Shown: positions 1 through 10,102 of the stretch, piece after piece
Numbering within the stretch: the stretch's first letter is position 1
How the letters are laid out: each line of letters opens with the position of its first letter
Source of the DNA: Promethearchaeota archaeon
Lineage (GTDB): Archaea > Asgardarchaeota > Lokiarchaeia > Sigyniarchaeales > SOKP01
DNA: 19,063 nucleotides
Assembly (NCBI GenBank): GCA_016930515.1
Contig: JAFGGO010000037.1
Location: forward strand, 1 to 19,063
Direction: 5' to 3'
Notes under the pieces: generated by a model
What the model saw: the letters and a program-made list of their open reading frames with translations, nothing else
Database searches by the model: none
Told to the model about the DNA's origin: nothing
Program-made: the position numbers and the translations under genes

Positions 1-210
1 CCAAAAGATTTTTGGTTTATTAATATATATTTTCATTTTTAATAAATTTATCTCCTCATTATTAAATATTATCTAATCATATAAAAATTTATAGTTGATA
101 AAGTCTCTCTATTCAAAACTTAAACCTTTGATGCCAAACTTTTAATTCTAAACACGATTTTAATCAATCACATTCTTGTATTATTTTATATTAAAAATAT
201 AGATACACAT

Positions 211-2676
211 ATGAATTTGTTGAGAATAAAAAATTCTTATTTATACATAATCCTTATTTTGACTCTATTTTTTATAGCAACAATACATATAATGATTTTA
301 TTTCAAGTAGTCTCATTTGGATTGATTGAATTTTACACCATCACTGCGGGATTCTTGTTTATATTAACTTCGTGTGTGCTTTTTGCTTTACCCAAAAAAG
401 AAGATGAAGAAAATCATACTCTAAAAATTATTTCAAGTAATATTTCTAAAATAATATTAGTTGTTTTGATGATTTTCTCGTTTATAATTCCTCCAATTGA
501 TTATACATTTACAATTATTCCTTGGTCACAAATTAGTCCTTTTAATTATTTGAGGGCAATTATATTTTTAATTGGAATTCTCTATATACCCGGTGCCAGT
601 ATATACAATATTTTCTTTCATGGAGAAAATATCTTGGAGAAATACAAAATAGAACCGATAATTACAAAATTGGTCTTTTATCCTATGATTTCCCTGAGTT
701 TTTTGGGAATATGCGTTTTAATTTTAGACCAAATTAATCTTGTGGGAGAAATAATTCTTCCTTTACTTTTTATAATATTGCTTGTTCTTGTCCTTTTTGA
801 TTTTATAATACAAATTCAAAGTAATATTCGTATAAATTATAAACTCGTGTCATTTGAAATAAATAAAGATACAATAATTCTTTTAAGCTTTATCATTGGT
901 ATCTCCATAATAGCTATAGGAATTGCGTTTGGAACGCATTTTATATATACGCCCGACAGTTGGGTGCCTATAGGTTTCGCAAATTATATCGGAAGATCGG
1001 ATCTAAGTCCATTAACGGATAAAATCCAATACGATACATATCCTCTCTTTTGGAGTTATATTTCTTATGGTTTAAGCATCTTAACGGGACTTCCATTAAT
1101 CAATGCGAATACAATGATAGTTCCTTTATCGGGGTTATCCATAGCTTCTATATATATATTTGTAAAAGCTTTTGTTCCTGAAAAAAAGAGTAATTATGCT
1201 TATATGGCGACTTTATTCATGTATTTAATGGGTGGTTATATCATAGATTATACCTTTTTTTATAAGAATTTCGCCTTATTCTTATTTTTTATTGCTATTG
1301 TTCTGTTTAAATCTAATCTAATTTCGGATAAAGATACAACTGATAAAATTGAAAAAGGAAAAAAAGCTATGCATTGGAAACTATTGTTTCTTTCAGCTTT
1401 TTTCCTTTTCATTGCCTATACTACTTATATCATTCCTTTTTTAATGGCTTTAATCTTTCTAAATATCCTTAGTTTTTCCTCCGAGCGTGAAATTCGCATC
1501 AAATCCTTTAAAAATTTGACTTATCTTATTGGAATATTATTAATTTTGTTTATAATATTTGATTTTATCACAAATTTCTATTTAAGTGAAAGTATCTTTT
1601 CAAAACTGACATATTATACAAATTCAACGAGTCTTGAGAATCTAATTTCTCTAATTCCATCCTTATATATGTTTATCATTTGCCTGTGTGTATTATTATT
1701 GTATCACTTTCTATTTTATTTTATCTTTAAAAAGTACCGTTTTAATTCAAATTTGCTTTCTAAAACACGGAACAAGCTCAATAACAAGAATTTCTATTTT
1801 TTAATTATCCTATTTATCATAATTTTATTTATAGTGTTATTAATTGGATTAATTTTTGATAATCAAGCTTCAAATTCGTTCTTCTTTTTATATAGCTACG
1901 ATGTAATTTTAGGATTTCAATATGTAGGTCTTTTTTGTTTGATTGTTTTTTATTTTTGTCTTGGAACGGATTTCGTAAAAATGAATAAGAATTTGATAAA
2001 ATCATTAATTAGCTTAGTTCTTGTAATCGTTTTATTAGCTTCTCTCCTTATTTTTGTTGAATGGATAAAAAGTAGTGATGGAACATTAAGCAACCTATCA
2101 GATTACGATCTTATGCGAATCAATGTTTGGTTTAATAGAACTATAATATATACTTTTCCTCCTTTATGCATTTTAGGTGTTATAGGAGTTTATCAAGCCA
2201 AAAATAGACCGATTATGAACACAAATAAAATTAAGACAAAAATGCTCAAATCTCGAATTACTTTAATTACAGCTTTTGTTTTTTTTGGAATTTTAACTAA
2301 TTGCAATTGGACGGTTGGAACAAATAATAATTTAAACCAAGAGGAAATTCAAACCTTGGGATGGATATCAGAAAACTTACCTTATTCTTCAAGAATACTT
2401 ATCAATAATGATTATTATTTACAAACTGGAATTAAAAGTTTAACCTATTGTAAATACTGGTTTCTTGAGAGTTGTTTTAATAAATCCTTATACGAAAAAC
2501 CCGAATTTGACCAGAGAATAAACTACTTAACGATATTACATATAGAATATTTTTTAGCATCATCTGACTTTGAAATGATTTATACCAATGGTACAGAGTT
2601 TATAGAAAATTTCTATAATATTACGGTTTATCAAAACAATAAATATACATTATATATGCACCAGTTTACAGTTTAA
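211..2676 (+). CDS. Large polytopic membrane protein, probable GT-C fold (STT3/AglB-like architecture), function unknown
   Basis: 821-aa ORF with many hydrophobic segments. Loop motifs YTPDSW and YPLFW follow an N-terminal TM block. The short soluble C-terminal domain starts NQEEIQTLGWISENLPYSSRILINNDYY, resembling the W-x-x-x-N-x-P segment of archaeal GT-C proteins. The CDS is secure; the fold is inferred. Confidence 0.55.
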   Translation: MNLLRIKNSYLYIILILTLFFIATIHIMILFQVVSFGLIEFYTITAGFLFILTSCVLFALPKKEDEENHTLKIISSNISKIILVVLMIFSFIIPPIDYTFTIIPWSQISPFNYLRAIIFLIGILYIPGASIYNIFFHGENILEKYKIEPIITKLVFYPMISLSFLGICVLILDQINLVGEIILPLLFIILLVLVLFDFIIQIQSNIRINYKLVSFEINKDTIILLSFIIGISIIAIGIAFGTHFIYTPDSWVPIGFANYIGRSDLSPLTDKIQYDTYPLFWSYISYGLSILTGLPLINANTMIVPLSGLSIASIYIFVKAFVPEKKSNYAYMATLFMYLMGGYIIDYTFFYKNFALFLFFIAIVLFKSNLISDKDTTDKIEKGKKAMHWKLLFLSAFFLFIAYTTYIIPFLMALIFLNILSFSSEREIRIKSFKNLTYLIGILLILFIIFDFITNFYLSESIFSKLTYYTNSTSLENLISLIPSLYMFIICLCVLLLYHFLFYFIFKKYRFNSNLLSKTRNKLNNKNFYFLIILFIIILFIVLLIGLIFDNQASNSFFFLYSYDVILGFQYVGLFCLIVFYFCLGTDFVKMNKNLIKSLISLVLVIVLLASLLIFVEWIKSSDGTLSNLSDYDLMRINVWFNRTIIYTFPPLCILGVIGVYQAKNRPIMNTNKIKTKMLKSRITLITAFVFFGILTNCNWTVGTNNNLNQEEIQTLGWISENLPYSSRILINNDYYLQTGIKSLTYCKYWFLESCFNKSLYEKPEFDQRINYLTILHIEYFLASSDFEMIYTNGTEFIENFYNITVYQNNKYTLYMHQFTV

Positions 2677-2812
2677 TCCAAAAAAGTCTATATAATTTTA
2701 CTTTTGATAAAATATAAACAGAATTTGATTTTCTAAATTCATTAATTCATTATTTACATTAGAAAAAATCCTTCTTGGTTAAATTAAAAAATCAAATAAT
2801 ATTTAAAACAAT

Positions 2813-4240
2813 ATGAAAATCTTGTTAATCAATCTACCGAGATATAACGGGATATCGGTGACAAGAGAAGGTCGTTGCGAGTTACTTGCACCATATCGAA
2901 TAGACCCTCCTGCAACCCTCCTCATCATTGCATCGATTTTAAGAGAAAAAAATCACGATATAGAATTCATAGATGCTAACGGATTAAACCTAGATTACTC
3001 ATATGTTAACAAGTTTTTTAAAAAGAGATTTTTTGATGTAGTTATCTTTACTTTTGCTGCAAAAATATCGGATTATGAATTAAAAATATGTGAAATCGTT
3101 AAGGGAGCAAATCCCGAGTGTATTACTATTGGATATTCTTGGTATGGTAAATATTTTTACCAAGAGATCTTATCTGAATATCCAAACCTTGATATTCTAA
3201 TGATTGAAGACCCTTTTTCGATAATTGAAGACCTTATAACTACAATAGAAAATAAAGGTGAACTTAACAATATCGGAGGGATTTCATATAGAAATAGCAA
3301 TAAAAACATAAAAATAAATCGAGAGCTAAAAAAAAGGGTTAAAATAGAGGATTTACCATTACCCGCCTACGATCTCGTTAAATCTTTCCAGAATTACCAT
3401 ATATTTTCACCTCTGTTGCGCCCTTACGCGTTAGTATACGCAGGGAAGGGATGTCCCTATAGTTGCCAGTATTGCCTCGTTGCAAATACGAAATATAGTA
3501 GCAGGACCGCTGATAGCATAGTAAAAGAGCTTAAATACCTCCAAAACGAAAAATGCGTCAAGTATGTCTGGTTTTTCGATGAAATTTTCACCCTCAATCG
3601 AAAAAAAATTATTGAAATGTGTGTAAAAATAAAAAAGGAAAAGATTAAGATTAAATGGTTTTGCGATTCGAGAGTAGAACTCGTTGATTTAAAAATGCTG
3701 AAAATGATGAAAAAAGCAGGTTGTATCGGTATTTCTTATGGTGTAGAATCAGGAAGTCAAAAAATCCTAAATTCAATGAATAAAGGAACGAAGGTTTCAC
3801 AAGCTATGCAAGCATTGCAATGGACGAGAAAGGCTCGCATTCCCATTCAATTGAACTTATTATTGGGTTACGTGGGGGAAAATGAAGAAACTCTAAAGGA
3901 AACCGAGATTTTTGTAAAAAATACACTTCCCGAAATCCTCCAAATCTCAAAGATTTCCCCGATGTTTGGATCAGAATTTGTAAAATTATGTCTAAAAAAT
4001 CAATGGATCGACGATAGATCTTCCTGGAAAGAAAAACTGAACGCATCCCCTTCTGATCTAAAGAATTATCCTCCTCTCTCTTTAGATTTAGATAAAGAAA
4101 TTAAAAAATTAAGAAAAATTCTCAGATTTAATCCAAAATGGTGGATAATTACCCTTTTTACTCTATTAAGGAATAAAGATTTAATCTTACCAGTTGTGGG
4201 TGCTTTTTTAAAACATTCAAGTTCGATAAATTTGATATAA
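2813..4240 (+). CDS. B12-binding domain radical SAM protein (class B methyltransferase/BchE-like family)
   Basis: CxxxCxxC motif GCPYSCQYC (nt 3452-3475). N-terminal cobalamin-binding-type domain (PPATLLIIASIL...FIDAN). Family motifs LPLPAYDL, FFDEIF and GVESGSQKILNSMNKG. Confidence 0.9.
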   Translation: MKILLINLPRYNGISVTREGRCELLAPYRIDPPATLLIIASILREKNHDIEFIDANGLNLDYSYVNKFFKKRFFDVVIFTFAAKISDYELKICEIVKGANPECITIGYSWYGKYFYQEILSEYPNLDILMIEDPFSIIEDLITTIENKGELNNIGGISYRNSNKNIKINRELKKRVKIEDLPLPAYDLVKSFQNYHIFSPLLRPYALVYAGKGCPYSCQYCLVANTKYSSRTADSIVKELKYLQNEKCVKYVWFFDEIFTLNRKKIIEMCVKIKKEKIKIKWFCDSRVELVDLKMLKMMKKAGCIGISYGVESGSQKILNSMNKGTKVSQAMQALQWTRKARIPIQLNLLLGYVGENEETLKETEIFVKNTLPEILQISKISPMFGSEFVKLCLKNQWIDDRSSWKEKLNASPSDLKNYPPLSLDLDKEIKKLRKILRFNPKWWIITLFTLLRNKDLILPVVGAFLKHSSSINLI

Positions 4241-4332
4241 TTATGAAATCCCCTCTTAAATATAGGATTAGATCGAATGGGATATGATATGAATTTATTC
4301 ACACACTCATAAAATTCTTATGAGGAACGCTT

Positions 4333-5322
4333 ATGAAAGTATATTTAGTCACGGAAGGGTCTTCCATTATTGGTCTTGGACATGTAATGCGAATATTATC
4401 TTTAAGTCAAGCGTTTGAGGCTAAAAAAATAATTCCAAATATGATTATCAATAGTGATGATTCTGTCTCTCAACTTCTAATAAAGAAAAAAGGATTTTTA
4501 TTCGATTGGATTGAGGAGCAAGAAAGATTTTTGAGTATGATAAAGAATTCTGATATGATTATAATTGATTCTTATTTAGCTCCTCGAAAAATTTATGAAG
4601 AAATCTCTTTAATTACAAGATTTCCCGTTTATATCGACGATAATATGAGGTTTGATTACCCTCCTGGAATAATTATAAATACTGGATTACACGCAATAGA
4701 TTTAAATTACCCAAAAAACACTTCAAACACTTATTTATTAGGTCCAAAATATAGCATTTTAAACAGTACTTTTTGGAATCCTCCAAAGAAAGTCATAAAT
4801 AAGCATATATCCTCTATACTGATTACTATAGGTGGTACTGATGTTAGAAATCTCACTCCAAAAATTTTAGCCTTTATCAACGAAAAATTTCCAAAATTGT
4901 ATAAGAAGGTAGTAATTGGTAAAGGGTTTCAAAACATAGATGATATTAAATGCCATCAAAGCGATACTACTGAACTAATTTATTTTCCAACTCCATTGGA
5001 TATGAAGAATTTAATGTTAACTACTGATTTGGCTATTAATGCGGCAGGCCAAACATCTCACGAATTAGCATGTGTTGGTATCCCCTCAATATGCATTACT
5101 GTGGCTGATAATCAAGTTTTAAGTGCTAATAAATATTCGGAAATAGGTATAAATTACCACGCTGGATGGTATCTCGATAAAAATTTATTAGAAAATATCT
5201 TGAAAGGTTTTATATATTTAAGCGATCAGATAATAAGGAAGAAGATGAGTCAAATCGGGAGGAACACGATTAATTCTACCGGAAGCAAACAAGTTATTGA
5301 ATATTTACTAAGGAGATTTTAA
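4333..5322 (+). CDS. pseG: UDP-2,4-diacetamido-2,4,6-trideoxy-beta-L-altropyranose hydrolase (PseG/SpsG family)
   Basis: IGLGHVMR with His at residue 17 (the catalytic His position of PseG). Also IIIDSY, YIDD, LLGPKY, ITIGGTD, AAGQTSHEL and VADNQ. GAGG RBS at 4322-4325. Confidence 0.88.
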   Translation: MKVYLVTEGSSIIGLGHVMRILSLSQAFEAKKIIPNMIINSDDSVSQLLIKKKGFLFDWIEEQERFLSMIKNSDMIIIDSYLAPRKIYEEISLITRFPVYIDDNMRFDYPPGIIINTGLHAIDLNYPKNTSNTYLLGPKYSILNSTFWNPPKKVINKHISSILITIGGTDVRNLTPKILAFINEKFPKLYKKVVIGKGFQNIDDIKCHQSDTTELIYFPTPLDMKNLMLTTDLAINAAGQTSHELACVGIPSICITVADNQVLSANKYSEIGINYHAGWYLDKNLLENILKGFIYLSDQIIRKKMSQIGRNTINSTGSKQVIEYLLRRF

Positions 5323-5378
5323 AATGAACAATTAAAAACATACAGGTTCATTAGACCTACTTAAAATCCGAGGAATTA

Positions 5379-6899
5379 TTAGTCATTCTTCTTGTTTATT
5401 TCATCCTTCAAGCTTTCTCTATAACTTGAAATTCTAAACAATCCAAAAACAAAGTTTAAATCTTTTCTTGTCAATTCCTTTGATATTATCAAAAGAACGA
5501 GAAATACTCCAAGAGCTAACCCCGCATTTACAATTAAAAATAGAAGATCGTTTAAGAACAATGGTATGTTTCTTATGGTAAAATACATGACAAATGACAC
5601 CAAGATCGAAATTACTCCAAACCCGATGTGATAAAAAGTCTTTTTATTGTAATCAATACCTATTTTATGTGAGAAATAACGGTAAAAAAAGATATCGGGC
5701 ATCCATATAAATAATGTGATGAACGCCAGACCTACACCTCCTAATCCCATCATTTTTATTGAAAAAAATTCTGTAGGGACAACTATTATCACGCTGATGA
5801 CATAAAATACGGCTTTTACAAAATTATATTTTGAATAAAGCCCTTGTCTCTTGCTAGGGATCAAGTGGGCCATGTAGGGATTGGAAATTCCCACGATATA
5901 AGGAACGATTATTAAGATGCTCAAATAGGGCGCAGAATTCACATATTCAGGGAGTATTAACTGTAAAAGTATCACACTGTTAGGCAATATTACAATAACA
6001 AGGGCCATAAAAAGAATGGAAGAATACTTTTCCACGAAATGGGTCATTTCCTTGATGTCTTCCGTTTTTCCCGTTTTAAAGCTTTCTGGGAAATACGAAC
6101 TGAATAATAAATAAATTTGGGCTGATATGAGAAAAAGAAAATTGACAACATTTTTGTCAATAGCGTAATAATCTTTTAGAGCATCATCACCTTGGGATCC
6201 TCCTATGAATAAACGCCCCAAGTTTAAAATAATCGCATTGGCAACAAAATAGAGAATTAATGGTCTTGCGGCTTTTAAGAATTTTTTTATAATTGTCCAT
6301 TCTATTTTTTTTAAAACAAACTCTCCCCTCGATATAAAAAAGATCAACACCACCTTCACGCTCCCGGCAAATATCATGGAAATTCCTATTAGTTCCAATG
6401 GAATGTTCAATCTATTGTAGTTTAATATGACTATAAGCGATAAACTGTCGGTAATGATGTTTGCTGTAAAATCAATGAGAGAATACTTAATCATTTTCTT
6501 CTTACTTTCCAGATTTACCATCCACGGCATGCTAATGTGAATTATCATAATGTATACAACATTTAAAATCAAAAAGACGAGCGTGGTCTGGGAAAATCCC
6601 GCGAAAAATGCGAAAATTATTAATGGAACGAAACTAGAAAGAACAATCGTGGTCTTTAATAAAACTAACACGCTAAAATAACTTTCAAAATCCTTATCTG
6701 CGTTGTGTTGCGTGTATATCGAGGCAAAACCCAAGTCGATAAACATGGAAAAGAGTCCTATCACGGTTCCAACATATGCAATGATCGAATATTCTGAAAC
6801 GAAAGTCCTTAGTAATAAATAATTAACAAATAAGTGATAAAAATTATATCCAAGGTTAAGAGCGATTCTCGTGAAAAACTTTTCTCTCATATTAGCCAA
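5379..6899 (-). CDS. Oligosaccharide flippase (Wzx-like, MOP superfamily)
   Basis: About 500 aa with roughly 14 hydrophobic segments, an early F-x-D-L-G-F motif and a C-terminal ELTRKDL tail of the kind seen in archaeal flippases; lies in a glycan locus. Start is TTG 6899 or ATG 6890. Confidence 0.8.
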   Translation of the reverse strand: MANMREKFFTRIALNLGYNFYHLFVNYLLLRTFVSEYSIIAYVGTVIGLFSMFIDLGFASIYTQHNADKDFESYFSVLVLLKTTIVLSSFVPLIIFAFFAGFSQTTLVFLILNVVYIMIIHISMPWMVNLESKKKMIKYSLIDFTANIITDSLSLIVILNYNRLNIPLELIGISMIFAGSVKVVLIFFISRGEFVLKKIEWTIIKKFLKAARPLILYFVANAIILNLGRLFIGGSQGDDALKDYYAIDKNVVNFLFLISAQIYLLFSSYFPESFKTGKTEDIKEMTHFVEKYSSILFMALVIVILPNSVILLQLILPEYVNSAPYLSILIIVPYIVGISNPYMAHLIPSKRQGLYSKYNFVKAVFYVISVIIVVPTEFFSIKMMGLGGVGLAFITLFIWMPDIFFYRYFSHKIGIDYNKKTFYHIGFGVISILVSFVMYFTIRNIPLFLNDLLFLIVNAGLALGVFLVLLIISKELTRKDLNFVFGLFRISSYRESLKDEINKKND

Positions 6900-7065
6900 A
6901 ATTTTTTCTCATAAAATAATCTTTTCAATCTTATTCTTTAAAAGATCCCTATTAAAATCGTGCCATTTTCCGACATATCTTATATATCCTTATTCTCGTT
7001 TATGGGAAAATAAATATTTTATTGAATATTTTTAACTTAAACAACGAAATTATTTCACAATTTCA
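6900..7065. promoter_or_regulatory. Divergent promoter region between the flippase and the candidate transferase
   Basis: 166-bp spacer between head-to-head genes with TTATATAT at 6980-6987. Confidence 0.45.
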
Positions 7066-8679
7066 ATGAATGGTTTTATTACAAAGGCAAAATCTGCATT
7101 TAAATTTTTTCAATACTTAATGTATAATTTTAAGGAGTATAGGTACATTAAAAAATTATTTAAAAATGCTAGCCGAACGAAAGAACTCGAAGGAAAATCA
7201 ATAATTATTAACACTGTTAGATCATATAAAGGAATCTTAGATAGAGAGTTATTTTTAGGAAAGATTTTGGCCTTAAATGGTTCAGAAATTGTGATACTTT
7301 TAGACGATGGTGTATTTAAACATTGGGATACGGTTCAAGTGACGCAATTCCCTCACATCCTCAAAATTAACGAATTTCCGCTGAATCCAATTCGAACAAG
7401 CATTAATAGTTTCAAATTTCTTATTTACAATCTCTACTTGAAATTCATGCAAAAAATTGCCCTTTACGCCTTTATGGACGAGAATATTAGATTTATTAAA
7501 TATAGCATTGTCAAGGGCAAGATCAATCCTAAATTATGGAAAAATTATACGAGTGTTGCTGAAGCCTCAACAATTAGGTTTTTTGAAGATAGCAATTTGG
7601 ATTTTTCACATGAAAAAATTAATCATTACTACAAATTATCCTTACTGAACGCTCTCATAAGCAGGGCAATGGGACAATATGTGTTTGAAACGCTTAAACC
7701 AGATTATTTTTTAACTTCTCACGGCATCTACTCCGCTTGGGGTCCAGCTTACGACTATCTGAAAATTAAACAAGTCCCCTGCTATACTTACATAGGTGGA
7801 AACACGCATACACAAAACTCAACCGATATTTATTTAACTGACGCGTCTGCTCAATCCCTATCAACTGACAAATTTTGGCAAGAATTTCGTAAAAACTCTC
7901 TTACTGAAGATCAAAAAACCAAAGCTATAGCGTTCCTAAATAATAGAAGCCAAGGATCTGTCGTCGATCTCAAACTTTATTATCAAGGCGTAAAAAAAAT
8001 ATTTACTGTAGATAAAAACGATGGATACAAGTATCATATCGCATTGTTTCCAAATCTAATATGGGAGGGAAATCTGAATGAGAAACATGTGATCTTCGAT
8101 GGTTATTTAGATTGGATCTTCTCAACGATTAATTATGCGAAAAATAAGAAAGACACTAAATTTTACATAAAAGCACATCCAGGTGAATTATTATTTTCCA
8201 AAGAAAATCAGCGAATTGTTAACATAATCAAGCGAAATATGGATCTTTCTGATTGCAAAAATATCGAACTCATACCTCCTGAAACCAAGGTCGATGTGTA
8301 TGCCTTTTTAAAAAGCGGAATTGACCTGGCAATCGTGTATGATGGATTGTTAGGTGTTGAAATTCCTTTTTTAAAGATCCCTACTATTGTTTGCACTAAA
8401 GGAGGCTTTTCTTCGGTCGATGGTGTTAATGTCCTGCTTTCTGATAAGAAAGAATATTTCTATTATCTTGATAACATCAACGAACTTTCTTCTAAATTTC
8501 TAGAAAATTACGATTATCATCTCGAAAACATTTTAAAGTTTGTTTATTGGTATATTTATGAAAATTCATTGTCTTTACCCGTGATAGATCTAAACGCGAG
8601 GTCTGGAACTAATTTATTACAAGTAAAAAAGAAAGACTTGATAATTCAAGAGAAATTAAAGAAAAAATTCTTATTATAG
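7066..8679 (+). CDS. Capsule-polysaccharide-synthesis-like protein (KpsS/KpsC-like GT-B); candidate CMP-nonulosonate transferase
   Basis: 537-aa soluble ORF with SHGIYSAWG, FPNLIWEG, YIKAHPGE (HP at nt 8176-8181) and GVEIPFLKIPTIV. The HP motif plus G-x-E segment are typical of CMP-ulosonate-using GT-B enzymes. Divergent from the flippase. Confidence 0.6.
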   Translation: MNGFITKAKSAFKFFQYLMYNFKEYRYIKKLFKNASRTKELEGKSIIINTVRSYKGILDRELFLGKILALNGSEIVILLDDGVFKHWDTVQVTQFPHILKINEFPLNPIRTSINSFKFLIYNLYLKFMQKIALYAFMDENIRFIKYSIVKGKINPKLWKNYTSVAEASTIRFFEDSNLDFSHEKINHYYKLSLLNALISRAMGQYVFETLKPDYFLTSHGIYSAWGPAYDYLKIKQVPCYTYIGGNTHTQNSTDIYLTDASAQSLSTDKFWQEFRKNSLTEDQKTKAIAFLNNRSQGSVVDLKLYYQGVKKIFTVDKNDGYKYHIALFPNLIWEGNLNEKHVIFDGYLDWIFSTINYAKNKKDTKFYIKAHPGELLFSKENQRIVNIIKRNMDLSDCKNIELIPPETKVDVYAFLKSGIDLAIVYDGLLGVEIPFLKIPTIVCTKGGFSSVDGVNVLLSDKKEYFYYLDNINELSSKFLENYDYHLENILKFVYWYIYENSLSLPVIDLNARSGTNLLQVKKKDLIIQEKLKKKFLL

Positions 8680-8722
8680 ATCTCTTTAAATTAAAAAATA
8701 TGGAAAATAAACTCTAATGTGT

Positions 8723-9904
8723 TTATTTTTCTTTTAAATTCACATGAGTTGGTAACGCTAAATAACTATCGGGATTTTCCAAGTTCCAGGGGGGATTTTT
8801 AAGCCGCCAAATACCAGATACATTTTCAAAAATTTGGTTATTCCAAAACTTCTCCATGATGTCCCAGAATTCTTTATGGGTGTATCCCATTAATTTTATG
8901 AAATCGTCTAATGTTTTTTGATCTAATCTATGGTCGTATTTCATCACTAATCTAATGCCTTCTTCTCTCGTAATCTTGCCCTTTCGAATCCATCTACACG
9001 CAATATCAGTTGCTCGAGCGAATCCGAATTTCGGATATTTCATCCATATATGAGAGAAATATGCTAATGAGTCTATTTGCCCGTATTCTTCGATCGTACC
9101 TTCTCTTAGCCATTCGTGATGCAAATCCTTAAATCCGTATCTTTTTGCTATTAACATATTATGTTCATCGTCCCAAGGTACATAATAACTCAAGAATATT
9201 GGTTCTGGATTCACACGATCTAACTCTTCTTTACTTGGCAAAATTACGGAATTAACCTCGGTTTTATGCAAACCTCTTTGGATCCAAAATTCCTCTATTC
9301 TCGAGCTTAGTTTCTCCCCTGCGGAACTATGACCTGCTTCAATGAACTTTTTAGCGCTATAATCTTCTGTTTCGGAAGTACCATATTCAAAAGCAGAATT
9401 TTCCCCAAAAACGATTAAGGGAATGTTAAATGCAATAGATAATTTGAAAGGAATGGTGTATATTGCCGCTTCGACGAAACGCAATGGTTCACCTAACTCT
9501 TCAAATCCTATTTTTGTCGCTTTTTTAAATGTGGATATGCTAATATTAAATACATAAAGATCGCATCCAAAGGCTACGGTTAAATTGTTCAAATTATGCT
9601 TGCCGACTTCCGAATGAGTAAATGGGTCGTTAACGCATACAAGAAGTGGGTTCATACCCAAGCGTTCTTTCATCGTGTATGTGATAAAATGACTATCTTT
9701 TCCTCCCGAAACAGCAATTATGCAATCGTAATTTCCATCAGATTTCCTGTGTTTATCACATAATTGCTTTAATTCGTCAAAACGCTTGTTATAATCTATA
9801 AGCCTTTTTTTTTCGTTATTCAAACAAGCCTGACAGATGCCTTCTTCGTTAAAAATGATATGCGGGCGCGTGTCTGGAATGACGCATTTTTTGCAATATT
9901 TCAT
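8723..9904 (-). CDS. N-acetyl sugar amidotransferase (WbuX/PseA/AglX family), copy 1
   Basis: N-terminal CKKC...TRP...CQAC, PP-loop DCIIAVSGGKDS, FGENSAFEYG, KYPKFGFARATD and IRKGKITREEG. Confidence 0.9.
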   Translation of the reverse strand: MKYCKKCVIPDTRPHIIFNEEGICQACLNNEKKRLIDYNKRFDELKQLCDKHRKSDGNYDCIIAVSGGKDSHFITYTMKERLGMNPLLVCVNDPFTHSEVGKHNLNNLTVAFGCDLYVFNISISTFKKATKIGFEELGEPLRFVEAAIYTIPFKLSIAFNIPLIVFGENSAFEYGTSETEDYSAKKFIEAGHSSAGEKLSSRIEEFWIQRGLHKTEVNSVILPSKEELDRVNPEPIFLSYYVPWDDEHNMLIAKRYGFKDLHHEWLREGTIEEYGQIDSLAYFSHIWMKYPKFGFARATDIACRWIRKGKITREEGIRLVMKYDHRLDQKTLDDFIKLMGYTHKEFWDIMEKFWNNQIFENVSGIWRLKNPPWNLENPDSYLALPTHVNLKEK

Positions 9905-10102
9905 GATAGCTATCTGTTTTGAAATTTAGGTATTTAATGAAAAAGATTGATGGATTATAAATTTTCATAAATTGTCATAACGAGTATAACTAAATAAACC
10001 AGCTTTATCCATTATATCTGTTATAAGTAGTATTTATTACAAATTAATTATTATATTATAGAAATAAACTAATGAATTTACTATTTTTAAGGGAATAGCC
10101 TA
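9905..10102. promoter_or_regulatory. Divergent promoter region between the two amidotransferase genes
   Basis: 198-bp AT-rich spacer between head-to-head genes with several TTATA/TATAA-like words. Exact boxes cannot be assigned. Confidence 0.5.

Noticed and set aside
1-57. Possible minus-strand gene start at 36 (MKIYINKPKIFW...) with GAGGAG at 57-52
   Set aside because: Only 12 codons are visible and the RBS is 15 nt away; it cannot be supported without upstream sequence.
211-2676. Calling the membrane protein aglB
   Set aside because: WWDYG is absent and the soluble domain is short.
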